Source: Ignavibacteriota bacterium (lineage in GTDB: Bacteria > Bacteroidota > Ignavibacteria > UBA10030). Taken from it: DNA of 32,361 nt. The position numbers and the translations under genes were made by a program. A model generated the notes under the pieces. It was not told the DNA's origin and made no database searches. It saw nothing but the letters and a program-made list of their open reading frames with translations. The stretch is taken from assembly GCA_003162695.1 (NCBI GenBank), contig PMML01000054.1, forward strand, positions 1-32,361. The letters run 5' to 3'. Numbering within the stretch: position 1 is the stretch's first letter; every line of letters begins with the position of its first letter. Positions 16,989-26,067 of this stretch are shown here, piece by piece.

Positions 16989-17996
16989 ATGCCTCTGAAC
17001 CATATCAAAGAGACGCAGAAAAAAAGTATTACCGTAGGTTTTTTATACGAAGTCAACAAAGAGCGGCTCAGGCTGAGAACGTTGAACGGAGAAGTAGGGT
17101 TTGAAAAGGAAATCAGGGACAAAAACATCCATCGTCCCGGGCTGGCTCTCGCAGGCTATGTCGAATTGTTTACATATGACCGTGTCCAAATCTTCGGCAA
17201 TACAGAAATGCGGTATCTGAACCACTTGAGCAAGCAAGAACGTCTGCATGTCTTTGAAACAATTTTTAGTTTTGATCTGCCGTGTATTTTTATCACAAAT
17301 GACAACGAGCTTGACGAAGAATTAGTCCGGATAGCTACGGAAAAACATGTTTCTGTTTTTCTTTCTCCCTTTGAAACGACCAAACTCGTTTATTATGTCA
17401 GCGATTTTCTGGACGATCAATTTGCGCCGCAAACCGTTCTTCATGGTTCATTTATCGATGTCTACGGCATCGGAGTATTGATCACCGGCCGTTCCGGCAT
17501 AGGAAAAAGTGAGATTGCCCTCGATCTTGTGGAGCGGGGACATAGGCTTGTTGCCGACGATGTCGTAATGATCGTTCGTAAAAGTGAAAACATTCTCATC
17601 GGTTCCGGCTCCGATGTTGTGAAACATTTTATGGAAATTCGAGGATTGGGATTGATCGACGTCCGGGCGACGTTCGGTATTCGTTCTATCCGTTATCAAA
17701 AGAGAATAGAAATTATTGTAGAACTCAAAGAATGGGACCCTAATATTGAATATACCCGGACAGGTCTTGATCATGAAAGTATTGCGATCCTGAGTGTTAA
17801 TCTGCCGCATATAAAGCTTCCCATCTTCCCGGGAAAAAACATTACAGTTATCATTGAAGTCGTTGCATTGGATTATCTATCGAAACATTATGGATATGAT
17901 GCAGCGAAGGCGTTCGCACGGCGGTTAGATGCGGCTATTACGGAAAAAACGAAAGGGAAAAGAGTTATCGATTATTTCGATCACGATTTTGAATAA
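16989..17996 (+). CDS. hprK: HPr(Ser) kinase/phosphorylase
   Basis: RPGLALAGY, GVLITGRSGIGKSEIALDLVERGHRLVADD, MEIRGLGLIDV, PGKN. Confidence 0.97.
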   Translation: MPLNHIKETQKKSITVGFLYEVNKERLRLRTLNGEVGFEKEIRDKNIHRPGLALAGYVELFTYDRVQIFGNTEMRYLNHLSKQERLHVFETIFSFDLPCIFITNDNELDEELVRIATEKHVSVFLSPFETTKLVYYVSDFLDDQFAPQTVLHGSFIDVYGIGVLITGRSGIGKSEIALDLVERGHRLVADDVVMIVRKSENILIGSGSDVVKHFMEIRGLGLIDVRATFGIRSIRYQKRIEIIVELKEWDPNIEYTRTGLDHESIAILSVNLPHIKLPIFPGKNITVIIEVVALDYLSKHYGYDAAKAFARRLDAAITEKTKGKRVIDYFDHDFE

Positions 17997-18009
17997 ATGT
18001 GAAAAAATC

Positions 18010-18038
18010 TTGACAAAAGAATAATATTTTCCTATCTT
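18010..18038 (+). promoter_or_regulatory. Sigma70-type promoter TTGACA-17-TATCTT
   Basis: Perfect -35 at 18010-18015, 17-bp spacer, TATCTT at 18033-18038, with an A-tract upstream. Confidence 0.75.
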
Positions 18039-18092
18039 CACCCTGCGCAGGAACTAGATTTTCAAAACTTGCAAGGAACGATTCGTACATTT

Positions 18093-19043
18093 ATGGCACG
18101 TTTACCGCTTTATAGATATTCACCTCAATCCGTCGAATTTAAAGAGATTCGCTGGGGTAGAATAAAGCTGATTATCCTCGGGATCGTGCTGGGGTTTTGT
18201 TTGATCACTGCATCCGTTATAATTAATCAATACTGCGGTGATTTTTTACGTCTCTCGTATTTGCAGCAAAGCGCACTTGCCAATGAGAATAAAATTCTTA
18301 TGGATCAATTGGCCTATCTCAACAACCGGCTTGAAAAAGATGAAAAAACGCTGGATAAGCTTGGTGATCAGGGAAACGAACTTCGCTTGCTTGCCGATTT
18401 GCCGAAGATCAATGAGGAAGTGCAAAAGGCCGGTCTCGGCGGAACTGAAAGCCGTGTCGATTTTTCTTCCTCGATGAAGATTAATGACTTGCTGAATAAT
18501 TTGCATGCGGTGCTCGATAAAACAGAAGGAGAACTGCATATTCAAAAAACGAGCTATGATGTTGTCGAGCATACAGTCGAAAACAATAAAGATAGATTTT
18601 CTCATTTGCCTGCCATTAAGCCTATGGAGGGATATTATTCGCTTCAAGGATTTGGAATGAGACTGCATCCGATTCTACATATCTACAGGATGCATGAAGG
18701 TATTGATATTTCGAATATGACAGGTACGCCTGTCTATGCATCTGCCGACGGAACGGTGGACTTTGCCGGTCATCAAACAGGATTCGGCATCGTGCTTGAA
18801 ATCAATCATGGATATTCGTTGAAAACTATATACGGCCATCTTTCGAAGATTTTAGTGCATGAAGGACAGATCATCCGGCGCGGACAGTTGATTGCGCGGT
18901 CGGGTAATACGGGCTTATCTTCTGCCCCGCATCTGCATTATGAGGTTCGTTTGAACGGGGTAGCGCAAAACCCTATAGATTATTTTTTTAATAATGATGA
19001 TCGAAAGAAGTCGCAAAAGGGAAGTCTTAGCGCGAGCGATTGA
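18093..19043 (+). CDS. M23 family peptidoglycan metallopeptidase with N-terminal TM helix and coiled coil
   Basis: HEGID (HxxxD), GTPVYASADG, YGHL, SGNTG.SSAPHLHYEV (HxH). ATG 18093 preferred over TTG 18069. Confidence 0.93.
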   Translation: MARLPLYRYSPQSVEFKEIRWGRIKLIILGIVLGFCLITASVIINQYCGDFLRLSYLQQSALANENKILMDQLAYLNNRLEKDEKTLDKLGDQGNELRLLADLPKINEEVQKAGLGGTESRVDFSSSMKINDLLNNLHAVLDKTEGELHIQKTSYDVVEHTVENNKDRFSHLPAIKPMEGYYSLQGFGMRLHPILHIYRMHEGIDISNMTGTPVYASADGTVDFAGHQTGFGIVLEINHGYSLKTIYGHLSKILVHEGQIIRRGQLIARSGNTGLSSAPHLHYEVRLNGVAQNPIDYFFNNDDRKKSQKGSLSASD

Positions 19044-19083
19044 TTCCGACATACATGAATGTTATGCTGCAGGAGAAATAAAA

Positions 19084-19308
19084 ATGATTTGGACCATTGA
19101 GTTGGCTTCATATCTGGATGATGCCCCTTGGCCGGCGACAAAAGATGAATTAATCGATTACGCGGTTCGGACAGGTGCTCCTACTCAGGTTATACAGAAT
19201 TTAGAGGAATTGGAAGATACCGATGAACCGTATGAAAGCATCGAAGAAATTTGGTCTGATTATCCGACAGATGAAGATTTTTTCTATGAGGATGATAAGG
19301 AATATTGA
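19084..19308 (+). CDS. DUF2795 domain protein (74 aa, acidic)
   Basis: MIWTIELASYLDDAPWPATKDELIDYA...YESIEEIWSDYP; AGGAG RBS at 19071-19075. Confidence 0.9.
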   Translation: MIWTIELASYLDDAPWPATKDELIDYAVRTGAPTQVIQNLEELEDTDEPYESIEEIWSDYPTDEDFFYEDDKEY

Positions 19309-19366
19309 TTGTCGCAGCCTCATCATTAACTTCTCTTAAATTCGATTTGAATATATAATGAACATC

Positions 19367-19396
19367 GCCCGGCATTTTCGTGCTGGGTTTTTTTTT
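19367..19396 (+). terminator. Intrinsic terminator
   Basis: GCCCGGCA-ttttcg-TGCTGGGT stem-loop running into a tract of 9 T. Confidence 0.8.
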
Positions 19397-19407
19397 ATTG
19401 AGGGTCC

Positions 19408-21465
19408 ATGCGCCTTTTTTCGGCCATTCTTGTATTAATACTATTTTCCTGCTCTATTTTTGGACAGGACAGAACCGGTAAATTGGAAATCAAAGACATT
19501 CGGTTTACCGGCAATGTAAGCGTAAAGCCGGATCAACTTCTTTCGTTGATGCAAACTCAAAAATCCCCTTGGACGTTCTGGAAATACATCTATACGCATA
19601 TCAGCGAATCGATCGGGCAAAAAGCCGAATATTTCGATCCGGTCGTTTTTGGAGCGGACTTTTTTACGGTTAAAAAGTATTACGAAAGCAAGGGCTTTTA
19701 CCTGGCAAAAATTGATACGACATTCATCGTCGATAGGGAGCGCGGGACTATCGAAATATTGTTTTCAATAAAAGAGAACAAACGTTCGCTCATCGACACT
19801 GTTGTGTATAAAGGATTGGATATTCTGCCGGAAGATGTTCGGAACGACATTGTCATGAATTCGGTGCTCCATGTGCATGAGCCGTTTATTATGGATAATC
19901 TGGAGACGGAAGTTCGGCATGATATTGCCGTCCTGGCCAATGGCGGATATGTCAATATGCGGGTCGATACGATCGATGCCCATCGGTACGCTTCCACCAA
20001 TAATTTTACAATTGTCTTGGCTTATACGCCGGGCGCGCGGTACACATTCGGGAAAATTAGTATTCAGGAAGACACGGCATCGCTGGCTCACATAGATTCG
20101 ATGACGATCCTTCAACATCTTGATTATCAGGAAGGCGATTTCTATAGCGAACAGAAAAAAACGCAGAGCGAGAGAAACTTAAATCGACTCGGAATCTTTG
20201 ACGCATCAAAAATCGAGAACGTTATTTCTCCTTCATTGACTGGTTCCAGAAGTATTCCGACGAATGTTTTGGTGCGGACACGTTCGTTTCAGGAGCTTTC
20301 GCCGGAAATAGGCGTTAACGACGAGAACAATGCATTCAATGTTTCTTTGGGTGTGAGTTATAATCATAGAAATTTTTTGGGAAGTGCACGGAATTTTTCC
20401 ACGAGTCTGGACGTCAATATACAGTCAATTTATGCCATCCAATTCAAGCGGCTGTTGACACAAACCGGATGGCAGGACAGTTCGCTTGTTGCAAAATTGA
20501 ATCTTTCGATGCAGATTCTGCAGCCGTTCTTTTTGAATAACAGGACGAGTCTGAGCTGGACTCTCTCCGGCATTATCGATAAAGAGATGACCTATTATTT
20601 GCCCGTTCTGCAAAACAAGGTTGAAGTCATAACTCAAACAGCAACATATACAAAAGCATATTATGATTGGACACTCGAGTTCAGCAGTCCGAGGGCGGTT
20701 GTTGCCCAGCGCGATACAACGATAGGAACATACGCGAAGCAGCTCAATTCGATTTTGACGGTCACTCTCCAGCGCGATAAACGGAATGATATATTTTATC
20801 CTTCGGAAGGATTTTTGCAATCAATTTCTCTTGAGGAATCGGGCACTCTGCCGAGAATGTTCGGCAGTGATATCGGCATCCACCTGCCCTATTCACAATA
20901 CCTAAAAGCAACGGTGCTTGGCCAATGGTACTGGGATCCGGATGGGAAACGGGATGTTATCTGGGCAACGAAATGGAATGTGGGTGAGGCCGTGCTTTAC
21001 GGGTCATCGCCGATCGATGTTCCTCTGACTCAAAGATTTTTTTCAGGAGGGAGCGGAAGTGTGCGAGGCTGGAAATCACGTTCGTTGGGATTTGTGGACA
21101 GTACGGATGACCAGGGAGGCGATGCATTTCTGGACGGCAGTCTCGAGGCGCGGTTGAATCCCCTCAAAAATGCAGGGTCTTTCTCTTTTATCGATCTCGA
21201 GAAAATTTCGTTTGTGCTTTTCTATGATATCGGTAATGTATGGGCGAGACCGTCAAGTTTCCGGTTTTCGCAGATTGCAATGGCGGCGGGATTCGGCCTT
21301 CGCTATAATACTATTGCCGGACCGATCCGCATAGATTTCGGCATGCGTGTATTCGATCCCGATGCGTTTGCCGCAGGTACAAACGCTTGGATTACAGAAA
21401 AGAAATTTTTTCCGGAAACCGTTGCCACGGGAGTCGTCCAACTCGGCGTTGGCCACGCATTTTAA
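19408..21465 (+). CDS. Omp85 family (TamA/BamA-like) outer-membrane protein, about 3 POTRA domains
   Basis: Signal peptide; POTRA-like motifs (IRFTGN, YESKGF, LNRLGIF); FFSGGSGSVRGW loop; GFGLRY..IAGPIRIDFG; C-terminal GHAF. Confidence 0.9.
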   Translation: MRLFSAILVLILFSCSIFGQDRTGKLEIKDIRFTGNVSVKPDQLLSLMQTQKSPWTFWKYIYTHISESIGQKAEYFDPVVFGADFFTVKKYYESKGFYLAKIDTTFIVDRERGTIEILFSIKENKRSLIDTVVYKGLDILPEDVRNDIVMNSVLHVHEPFIMDNLETEVRHDIAVLANGGYVNMRVDTIDAHRYASTNNFTIVLAYTPGARYTFGKISIQEDTASLAHIDSMTILQHLDYQEGDFYSEQKKTQSERNLNRLGIFDASKIENVISPSLTGSRSIPTNVLVRTRSFQELSPEIGVNDENNAFNVSLGVSYNHRNFLGSARNFSTSLDVNIQSIYAIQFKRLLTQTGWQDSSLVAKLNLSMQILQPFFLNNRTSLSWTLSGIIDKEMTYYLPVLQNKVEVITQTATYTKAYYDWTLEFSSPRAVVAQRDTTIGTYAKQLNSILTVTLQRDKRNDIFYPSEGFLQSISLEESGTLPRMFGSDIGIHLPYSQYLKATVLGQWYWDPDGKRDVIWATKWNVGEAVLYGSSPIDVPLTQRFFSGGSGSVRGWKSRSLGFVDSTDDQGGDAFLDGSLEARLNPLKNAGSFSFIDLEKISFVLFYDIGNVWARPSSFRFSQIAMAAGFGLRYNTIAGPIRIDFGMRVFDPDAFAAGTNAWITEKKFFPETVATGVVQLGVGHAF

Positions 21466-21474
21466 CGAGACAAT

Positions 21475-22590
21475 ATGAGCTGGACAAAAATTATAGGTCA
21501 GGAGCGTGTCAAACGCCTTCTGCAAAATTCGCTTCGCGCAAACCGACTGGCACATGCCTACCTCTTTTATGGTGCAGAAGGCATTGGCAAAGATGCACTT
21601 GCTCTGGAATTTGCCCGCGCAATCAACTGTTCGTCCGGTGCATCTGATGCATGCGGATCGTGCCCTAGCTGCAAAAAATTCGAAACGCTTCAGCATCCCG
21701 ATGTGAAGCTTATTTTCCCTCTGCCCGTAGGCAAAGGGGAACAGCAGGGAGATGATCCCTTTGCCGTGCTCACGGAAGATCAAATCCTCACCGTACGAGA
21801 ACAGGTTCGAATCAAGGCTGAAGATCCATATCATAAGATTGAAATTGCAAAAGCAAATTTTATAAAAATCAACAGCATACGCGGCATGAAACGAGAATCT
21901 TCGATGTCGCGCTCGGAAGGGGGGGAAAAAATATTTATTCTCTTCAATGCCGAGTTGATGAATAACGAAGCGAGCAATTCACTTCTCAAGATTTTGGAAG
22001 AGCCTCTGCCGGACACCGTCATTCTGCTGACAACGTCGGCTAAAGAAAGCCTTTTACCTACCATTCTTTCCCGATGCCAGACGGTGCAGTGTGATTTCTT
22101 GCTCGAAGAAGATATTTTTACGGCATTGCAGGAACGCGATGGTGTTGAAAATGGCCAGAGCCGGCTTGCGGCGCGTTTGGCGAACGGAAGTTACGGACTT
22201 GCACGCCTTCTGACATCTGCTGATATGGCGGCACAGCGTGAGGAGGTCGTTGATTTTTTACGGCTTTCTCTTTCCAAACAACGGCTGCCGATGCTGCAGG
22301 CAGTTGATGAACTATCAAGTACGTACGATCGAACTGCCCTGCAACGCTGGCTTGAAGTGCTCCAGATCTGGCTGCGAGAAGCCCTCCTGCTTCAAAAAAC
22401 GGGGAACGATACGGGATTAGCTTGGGATCAGGAGAGTTTGAAACGCTTTGTCCGGAATTTTCCTCAAGCGAACTTAATCGGCGCTCTTGATTTGACAAAT
22501 CAAGCAATTGCTCAAATAGACAAAAATGGCTACCTTCCTCTTATCCTGATAAATGTATCTCTTGGATTACGAAAGAATTTAACGGAATAA
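21475..22590 (+). CDS. holB: DNA polymerase III subunit delta'
   Basis: IIGQE, HAYLFYGAEGIGK, C..ACGSCPSC Zn motif, HPD, SNSLLKILEEP, LPTILSRCQ. Confidence 0.95.
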   Translation: MSWTKIIGQERVKRLLQNSLRANRLAHAYLFYGAEGIGKDALALEFARAINCSSGASDACGSCPSCKKFETLQHPDVKLIFPLPVGKGEQQGDDPFAVLTEDQILTVREQVRIKAEDPYHKIEIAKANFIKINSIRGMKRESSMSRSEGGEKIFILFNAELMNNEASNSLLKILEEPLPDTVILLTTSAKESLLPTILSRCQTVQCDFLLEEDIFTALQERDGVENGQSRLAARLANGSYGLARLLTSADMAAQREEVVDFLRLSLSKQRLPMLQAVDELSSTYDRTALQRWLEVLQIWLREALLLQKTGNDTGLAWDQESLKRFVRNFPQANLIGALDLTNQAIAQIDKNGYLPLILINVSLGLRKNLTE

Positions 22591-22593
22591 ACC

Positions 22594-24666
22594 ATGATCA
22601 AAGAATTTAAACGCATACTTGTTACGGCCGCTTTGCCTTATGCAAACGGCTATCTTCACCTGGGGCATCTTGCCGGCGCCTATCTTCCGGCCGATATATA
22701 CGCCCGCTATCAGCGTTTAAAGAAACGCGAAGTTCTTTTTCTTTGCGGTTCTGACGAGCATGGGGTTGCTATTACCGTCTCTGCGGAAAAAGAAAAGATA
22801 ACCCCTCAAGCCATTATCGACCGCTATCATCCGGCGAATAAATCGGTTTTTGAAGCATTTGAAATGAGCTTCGATAATTATTCTCGCACATCCCTGCCTT
22901 TGCATTATAAAACAACGACTGAATTCTTTACGGAATTCCATAAGAACGGCATTGTTCTGGAAAAAAAGGAACAGCAGCTGTTTTGCGAAAAAGATTCTCT
23001 GTTCTTAGCCGATCGGTATGTCGAAGGAACATGCCCGAATTGTAAATCAACGCAGGCACGCGGAGATCAATGTGAAAATTGCGGGACGTGGATCAATCAG
23101 GTCGATCTGATCGATCCAAAGTGCAAACTCTGCGGAAGCACGCCGGTTATCCGCGAAACGCTGCACTGGTATTTTCCGCTTGGAAAGTATCAAAAGAGGC
23201 TACAGGAATATATTAAAAATGCAGATGAGCGGGATGGGTGGAAAGAAAATGTTCTGCGTTATTGCGAGGGCTGGTTCAAGGATGGATTGCAGGACCGTGC
23301 AGTGACACGCGATCTTACCTGGGGAGTTCCTGTTCCGGTGAAAGGATTTGAACACAAAGTCATTTATGTCTGGTTCGATGCTGTGCTCGGGTATATTTCA
23401 TCCGGCAGGGAGTGGGCAGCCGGAAAAGGAACCCCTGACGCATGGAAAAAATATTGGCTCGATCCGGAAACAAAATATGTCCCTTTTATCGGCAAAGACA
23501 ATATCGTATTCCATTGCATCGTTTTTCCTGCTATGCTCATGGCATGGAATGATAGCGGAAAAGAACAATATATTCTGCCGGCAAATGTTCCCGCCAACGA
23601 ATTTTTGAATTTCGAAGGACAAAAATTTTCAAAGAGCCGCGGGTGGGGAATCGACGTTCAAGATTTCCTGAAGTTTTTCCCCGCTGATACGATTCGTTAT
23701 GCACTTGCCGTCAATTTACCGGAAAAAAGCGACAGTGATTTCTATTTGAAAGACTTTCAGGCGCGCGTCAACAATGAACTTGCAGATATCGTTGGAAATT
23801 TTATCAATCGTACCATTGCATTTACAGAAAAGAACTTCGAAGGCAAAGTTCCGAGTCCCGGTACATTGAATTTACTCGATGCTGAAATGATCTCTAAAAT
23901 CAAGAAAATACCCGGGATGGTCGGACTATCATACGAACAGTACAGATTCCGCGATGGTTTGATGGAAACAATGAACCTTGCTCGATCTGCCAATAAATAT
24001 TTCAACGACAGCGAGCCTTGGAAGACCAAAAAGTCAAATCCTGAACAATGTGCAGCTACGCTGTACGTTTCCCTGCAGGTTGTCCGTACGCTGGCAATAT
24101 TGCTGGCACCTGTCATTCCTTTTACGGCTGATAAAATTTGGAAACTTCTCAAGATGGATTCGGTGTTGTATCAGGACGGCTGGGATTCTGCGGCAGATAT
24201 TCTGCTTGAACCCGGCCATATTTTAGATAGACCTGAAATATTGATTCAAAAGATTGAGGATAAGCGTATCGAAGAAATTATCAAATTTTTAGAAGATGGC
24301 AGTGAGAAAACGCCGAAACCTGAAGCCGCGCCGATCAAGCCGGTTATAACGATCGACGATTTTTCAAAACTTGATTTACGCATTGCAAAAGTCCTTCAAG
24401 CAGAGAAAGTTCCTAAATCGGAAAAACTTCTGAAACTTCGGGTCGAGCTTGGATCCGAACAACGGCAGATTCTTGCCGGTATCGCAAAAAAATATGAGCC
24501 GGAGGATTTGATCGGAAAATCGGTTGTTATCGTTGCAAATCTGCAGCCTGCTAAACTTATGGGGCAGGAATCGCAGGGGATGATCTTGGCGGCAAGCGAT
24601 GCGAACGGAGACATGAAATTGATCGAACCGAACGGTGAAATGCCTGCCGGTTCGATTGTCAAATAA
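22594..24666 (+). CDS. metG: Methionine--tRNA ligase with C-terminal tRNA-binding domain
   Basis: ALPYANGYLHLGH, Zn knuckles, YVWFDA, GKDNIVFH, KFSKS, C-terminal VANLQPAKLMGQESQGM. Confidence 0.98.
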   Translation: MIKEFKRILVTAALPYANGYLHLGHLAGAYLPADIYARYQRLKKREVLFLCGSDEHGVAITVSAEKEKITPQAIIDRYHPANKSVFEAFEMSFDNYSRTSLPLHYKTTTEFFTEFHKNGIVLEKKEQQLFCEKDSLFLADRYVEGTCPNCKSTQARGDQCENCGTWINQVDLIDPKCKLCGSTPVIRETLHWYFPLGKYQKRLQEYIKNADERDGWKENVLRYCEGWFKDGLQDRAVTRDLTWGVPVPVKGFEHKVIYVWFDAVLGYISSGREWAAGKGTPDAWKKYWLDPETKYVPFIGKDNIVFHCIVFPAMLMAWNDSGKEQYILPANVPANEFLNFEGQKFSKSRGWGIDVQDFLKFFPADTIRYALAVNLPEKSDSDFYLKDFQARVNNELADIVGNFINRTIAFTEKNFEGKVPSPGTLNLLDAEMISKIKKIPGMVGLSYEQYRFRDGLMETMNLARSANKYFNDSEPWKTKKSNPEQCAATLYVSLQVVRTLAILLAPVIPFTADKIWKLLKMDSVLYQDGWDSAADILLEPGHILDRPEILIQKIEDKRIEEIIKFLEDGSEKTPKPEAAPIKPVITIDDFSKLDLRIAKVLQAEKVPKSEKLLKLRVELGSEQRQILAGIAKKYEPEDLIGKSVVIVANLQPAKLMGQESQGMILAASDANGDMKLIEPNGEMPAGSIVK

Positions 24667-24676
24667 TCAGGACAGC

Positions 24677-25519
24677 GTGAAAAAAATAAAAAGTATAACG
24701 GATTTTGTTAAAATTGAGCATACTCTTTTTTCTTTACCGCTGATTTTCGCCGGCGTATTTTTAGCTTCACCAAAGCCTCCTTCGCTGAAACTGATCATGC
24801 TCATTCTTGCCGCTGCTCTTGGAGCCCGGACGACGGCTCTGGCTCTGAATCGAATTATCGACCGGCATATCGATAAACGCAATCCGCGAACGACCGACAG
24901 GGAGTTGCCGAGCGGAAGGATGCCTCTTGGCGGGGCATTTATTATTCTTATCGCTGGCTTTGCGTTGTATGAATTCAGCGCAAAATTAATATCTCCTTTT
25001 TGTCTTGCTCTCTCTCCGATTCCGCTCGCAATTTTTCTTATCTACCCATATATGAAACGCTTTACCTCGTTCGCGCATTTTGGCGTAGGATTCGGATTAT
25101 CGATGGCGCCGCTCGGCGGATGGTTTGCAGTCAAAAATACAGCCGAAGGAATGCTCCCCGGATTGCTGCTATCGCTTTTTATGGTTTTCTGGGCCACCGG
25201 TTTTGATGTCATCTATTCAACGCTTGATGAGGCATTTGATCGGGGAGAGAATCTTTATTCCTTTACTTCACGGTACGGACGAAAACGTGCATTAAAAATT
25301 TCAGCGTGCCTGCATGTTTTATCTTTTGCCGTACTGGTAGGTCTTTTTACGCTGCAAATCCGCGCTTTAGCGGCTCTGCCGCTGCTCATTGTTTCCGGAT
25401 ACCTTTTATATCTGGAGCACAGGAAAGCCGAAGATGTTGAGCTGGCGTTCTTTAGAATAAATGCTGTCATCGGTTTTGCGGTTCTTGCAATGGTGCTGGC
25501 AGGAGTGTATTTTCCATGA
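24677..25519 (+). CDS. ubiA: UbiA-like polyprenyltransferase of the futalosine pathway (MqnP-type)
   Basis: KIEHTLFSLP, NRIIDRHIDKRNPRT.RELPSG, YPYMKRFT, GFDVIY..D..FD; multiple TM helices. GTG 24677 follows AGGA. Confidence 0.92.
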   Translation: MKKIKSITDFVKIEHTLFSLPLIFAGVFLASPKPPSLKLIMLILAAALGARTTALALNRIIDRHIDKRNPRTTDRELPSGRMPLGGAFIILIAGFALYEFSAKLISPFCLALSPIPLAIFLIYPYMKRFTSFAHFGVGFGLSMAPLGGWFAVKNTAEGMLPGLLLSLFMVFWATGFDVIYSTLDEAFDRGENLYSFTSRYGRKRALKISACLHVLSFAVLVGLFTLQIRALAALPLLIVSGYLLYLEHRKAEDVELAFFRINAVIGFAVLAMVLAGVYFP

Positions 25520-26067
25520 GGATTATCGTCGGAGTGACCGGGTCATCCGGGGCGATTTTTGCTAAGGAATTTTTAAGGCAATGTGAAGCGGAAAAATTTC
25601 TTATTATAAGCAAATGGGGAAAAGTGGTCGTGAAGGAAGAACTCGGCATTTCTGAAAAAGAATTCGCTTCTTTTGCAAAGAGGCAGTTTTCAGATGATGA
25701 CTTGACCGCTCCTTCTGCATCAGGATCCAACAGATTCGATGCTATGGTGATTCTTCCTTGTTCAACATCTACAGTAGGAAAAATAGCATCCGGAATAGGG
25801 GATACACTTATCACGCGCACTGCTCAGGTTGCATTAAAAGAGCGGTATCGTCTGATTCTCTGCATACGGGAAACTCCGCTTTCTACCATTACGCTTGAAC
25901 AATGCACAAAAATTTCGGCTTGCGGTGGGATGATTATGCCGATTTCTCCTCCTCTTTACTTTGTTCCGAATTCCGTCCAGGAATATATTGATGCTTATAT
26001 TGCCAAATTGCTCGGTGTTCTCGGCCTGCGTGAATCAAAAGGGTGGCGTTCCGGAGATTTGGAATAA
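25516..26067 (+). CDS. ubiX: Flavin prenyltransferase UbiX
   Basis: GVTGSSG, ASGS, PCSTST, LITRTAQVALKE, RETPL; ATGA overlap with ubiA. Confidence 0.93.
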   Translation: MRIIVGVTGSSGAIFAKEFLRQCEAEKFLIISKWGKVVVKEELGISEKEFASFAKRQFSDDDLTAPSASGSNRFDAMVILPCSTSTVGKIASGIGDTLITRTAQVALKERYRLILCIRETPLSTITLEQCTKISACGGMIMPISPPLYFVPNSVQEYIDAYIAKLLGVLGLRESKGWRSGDLE

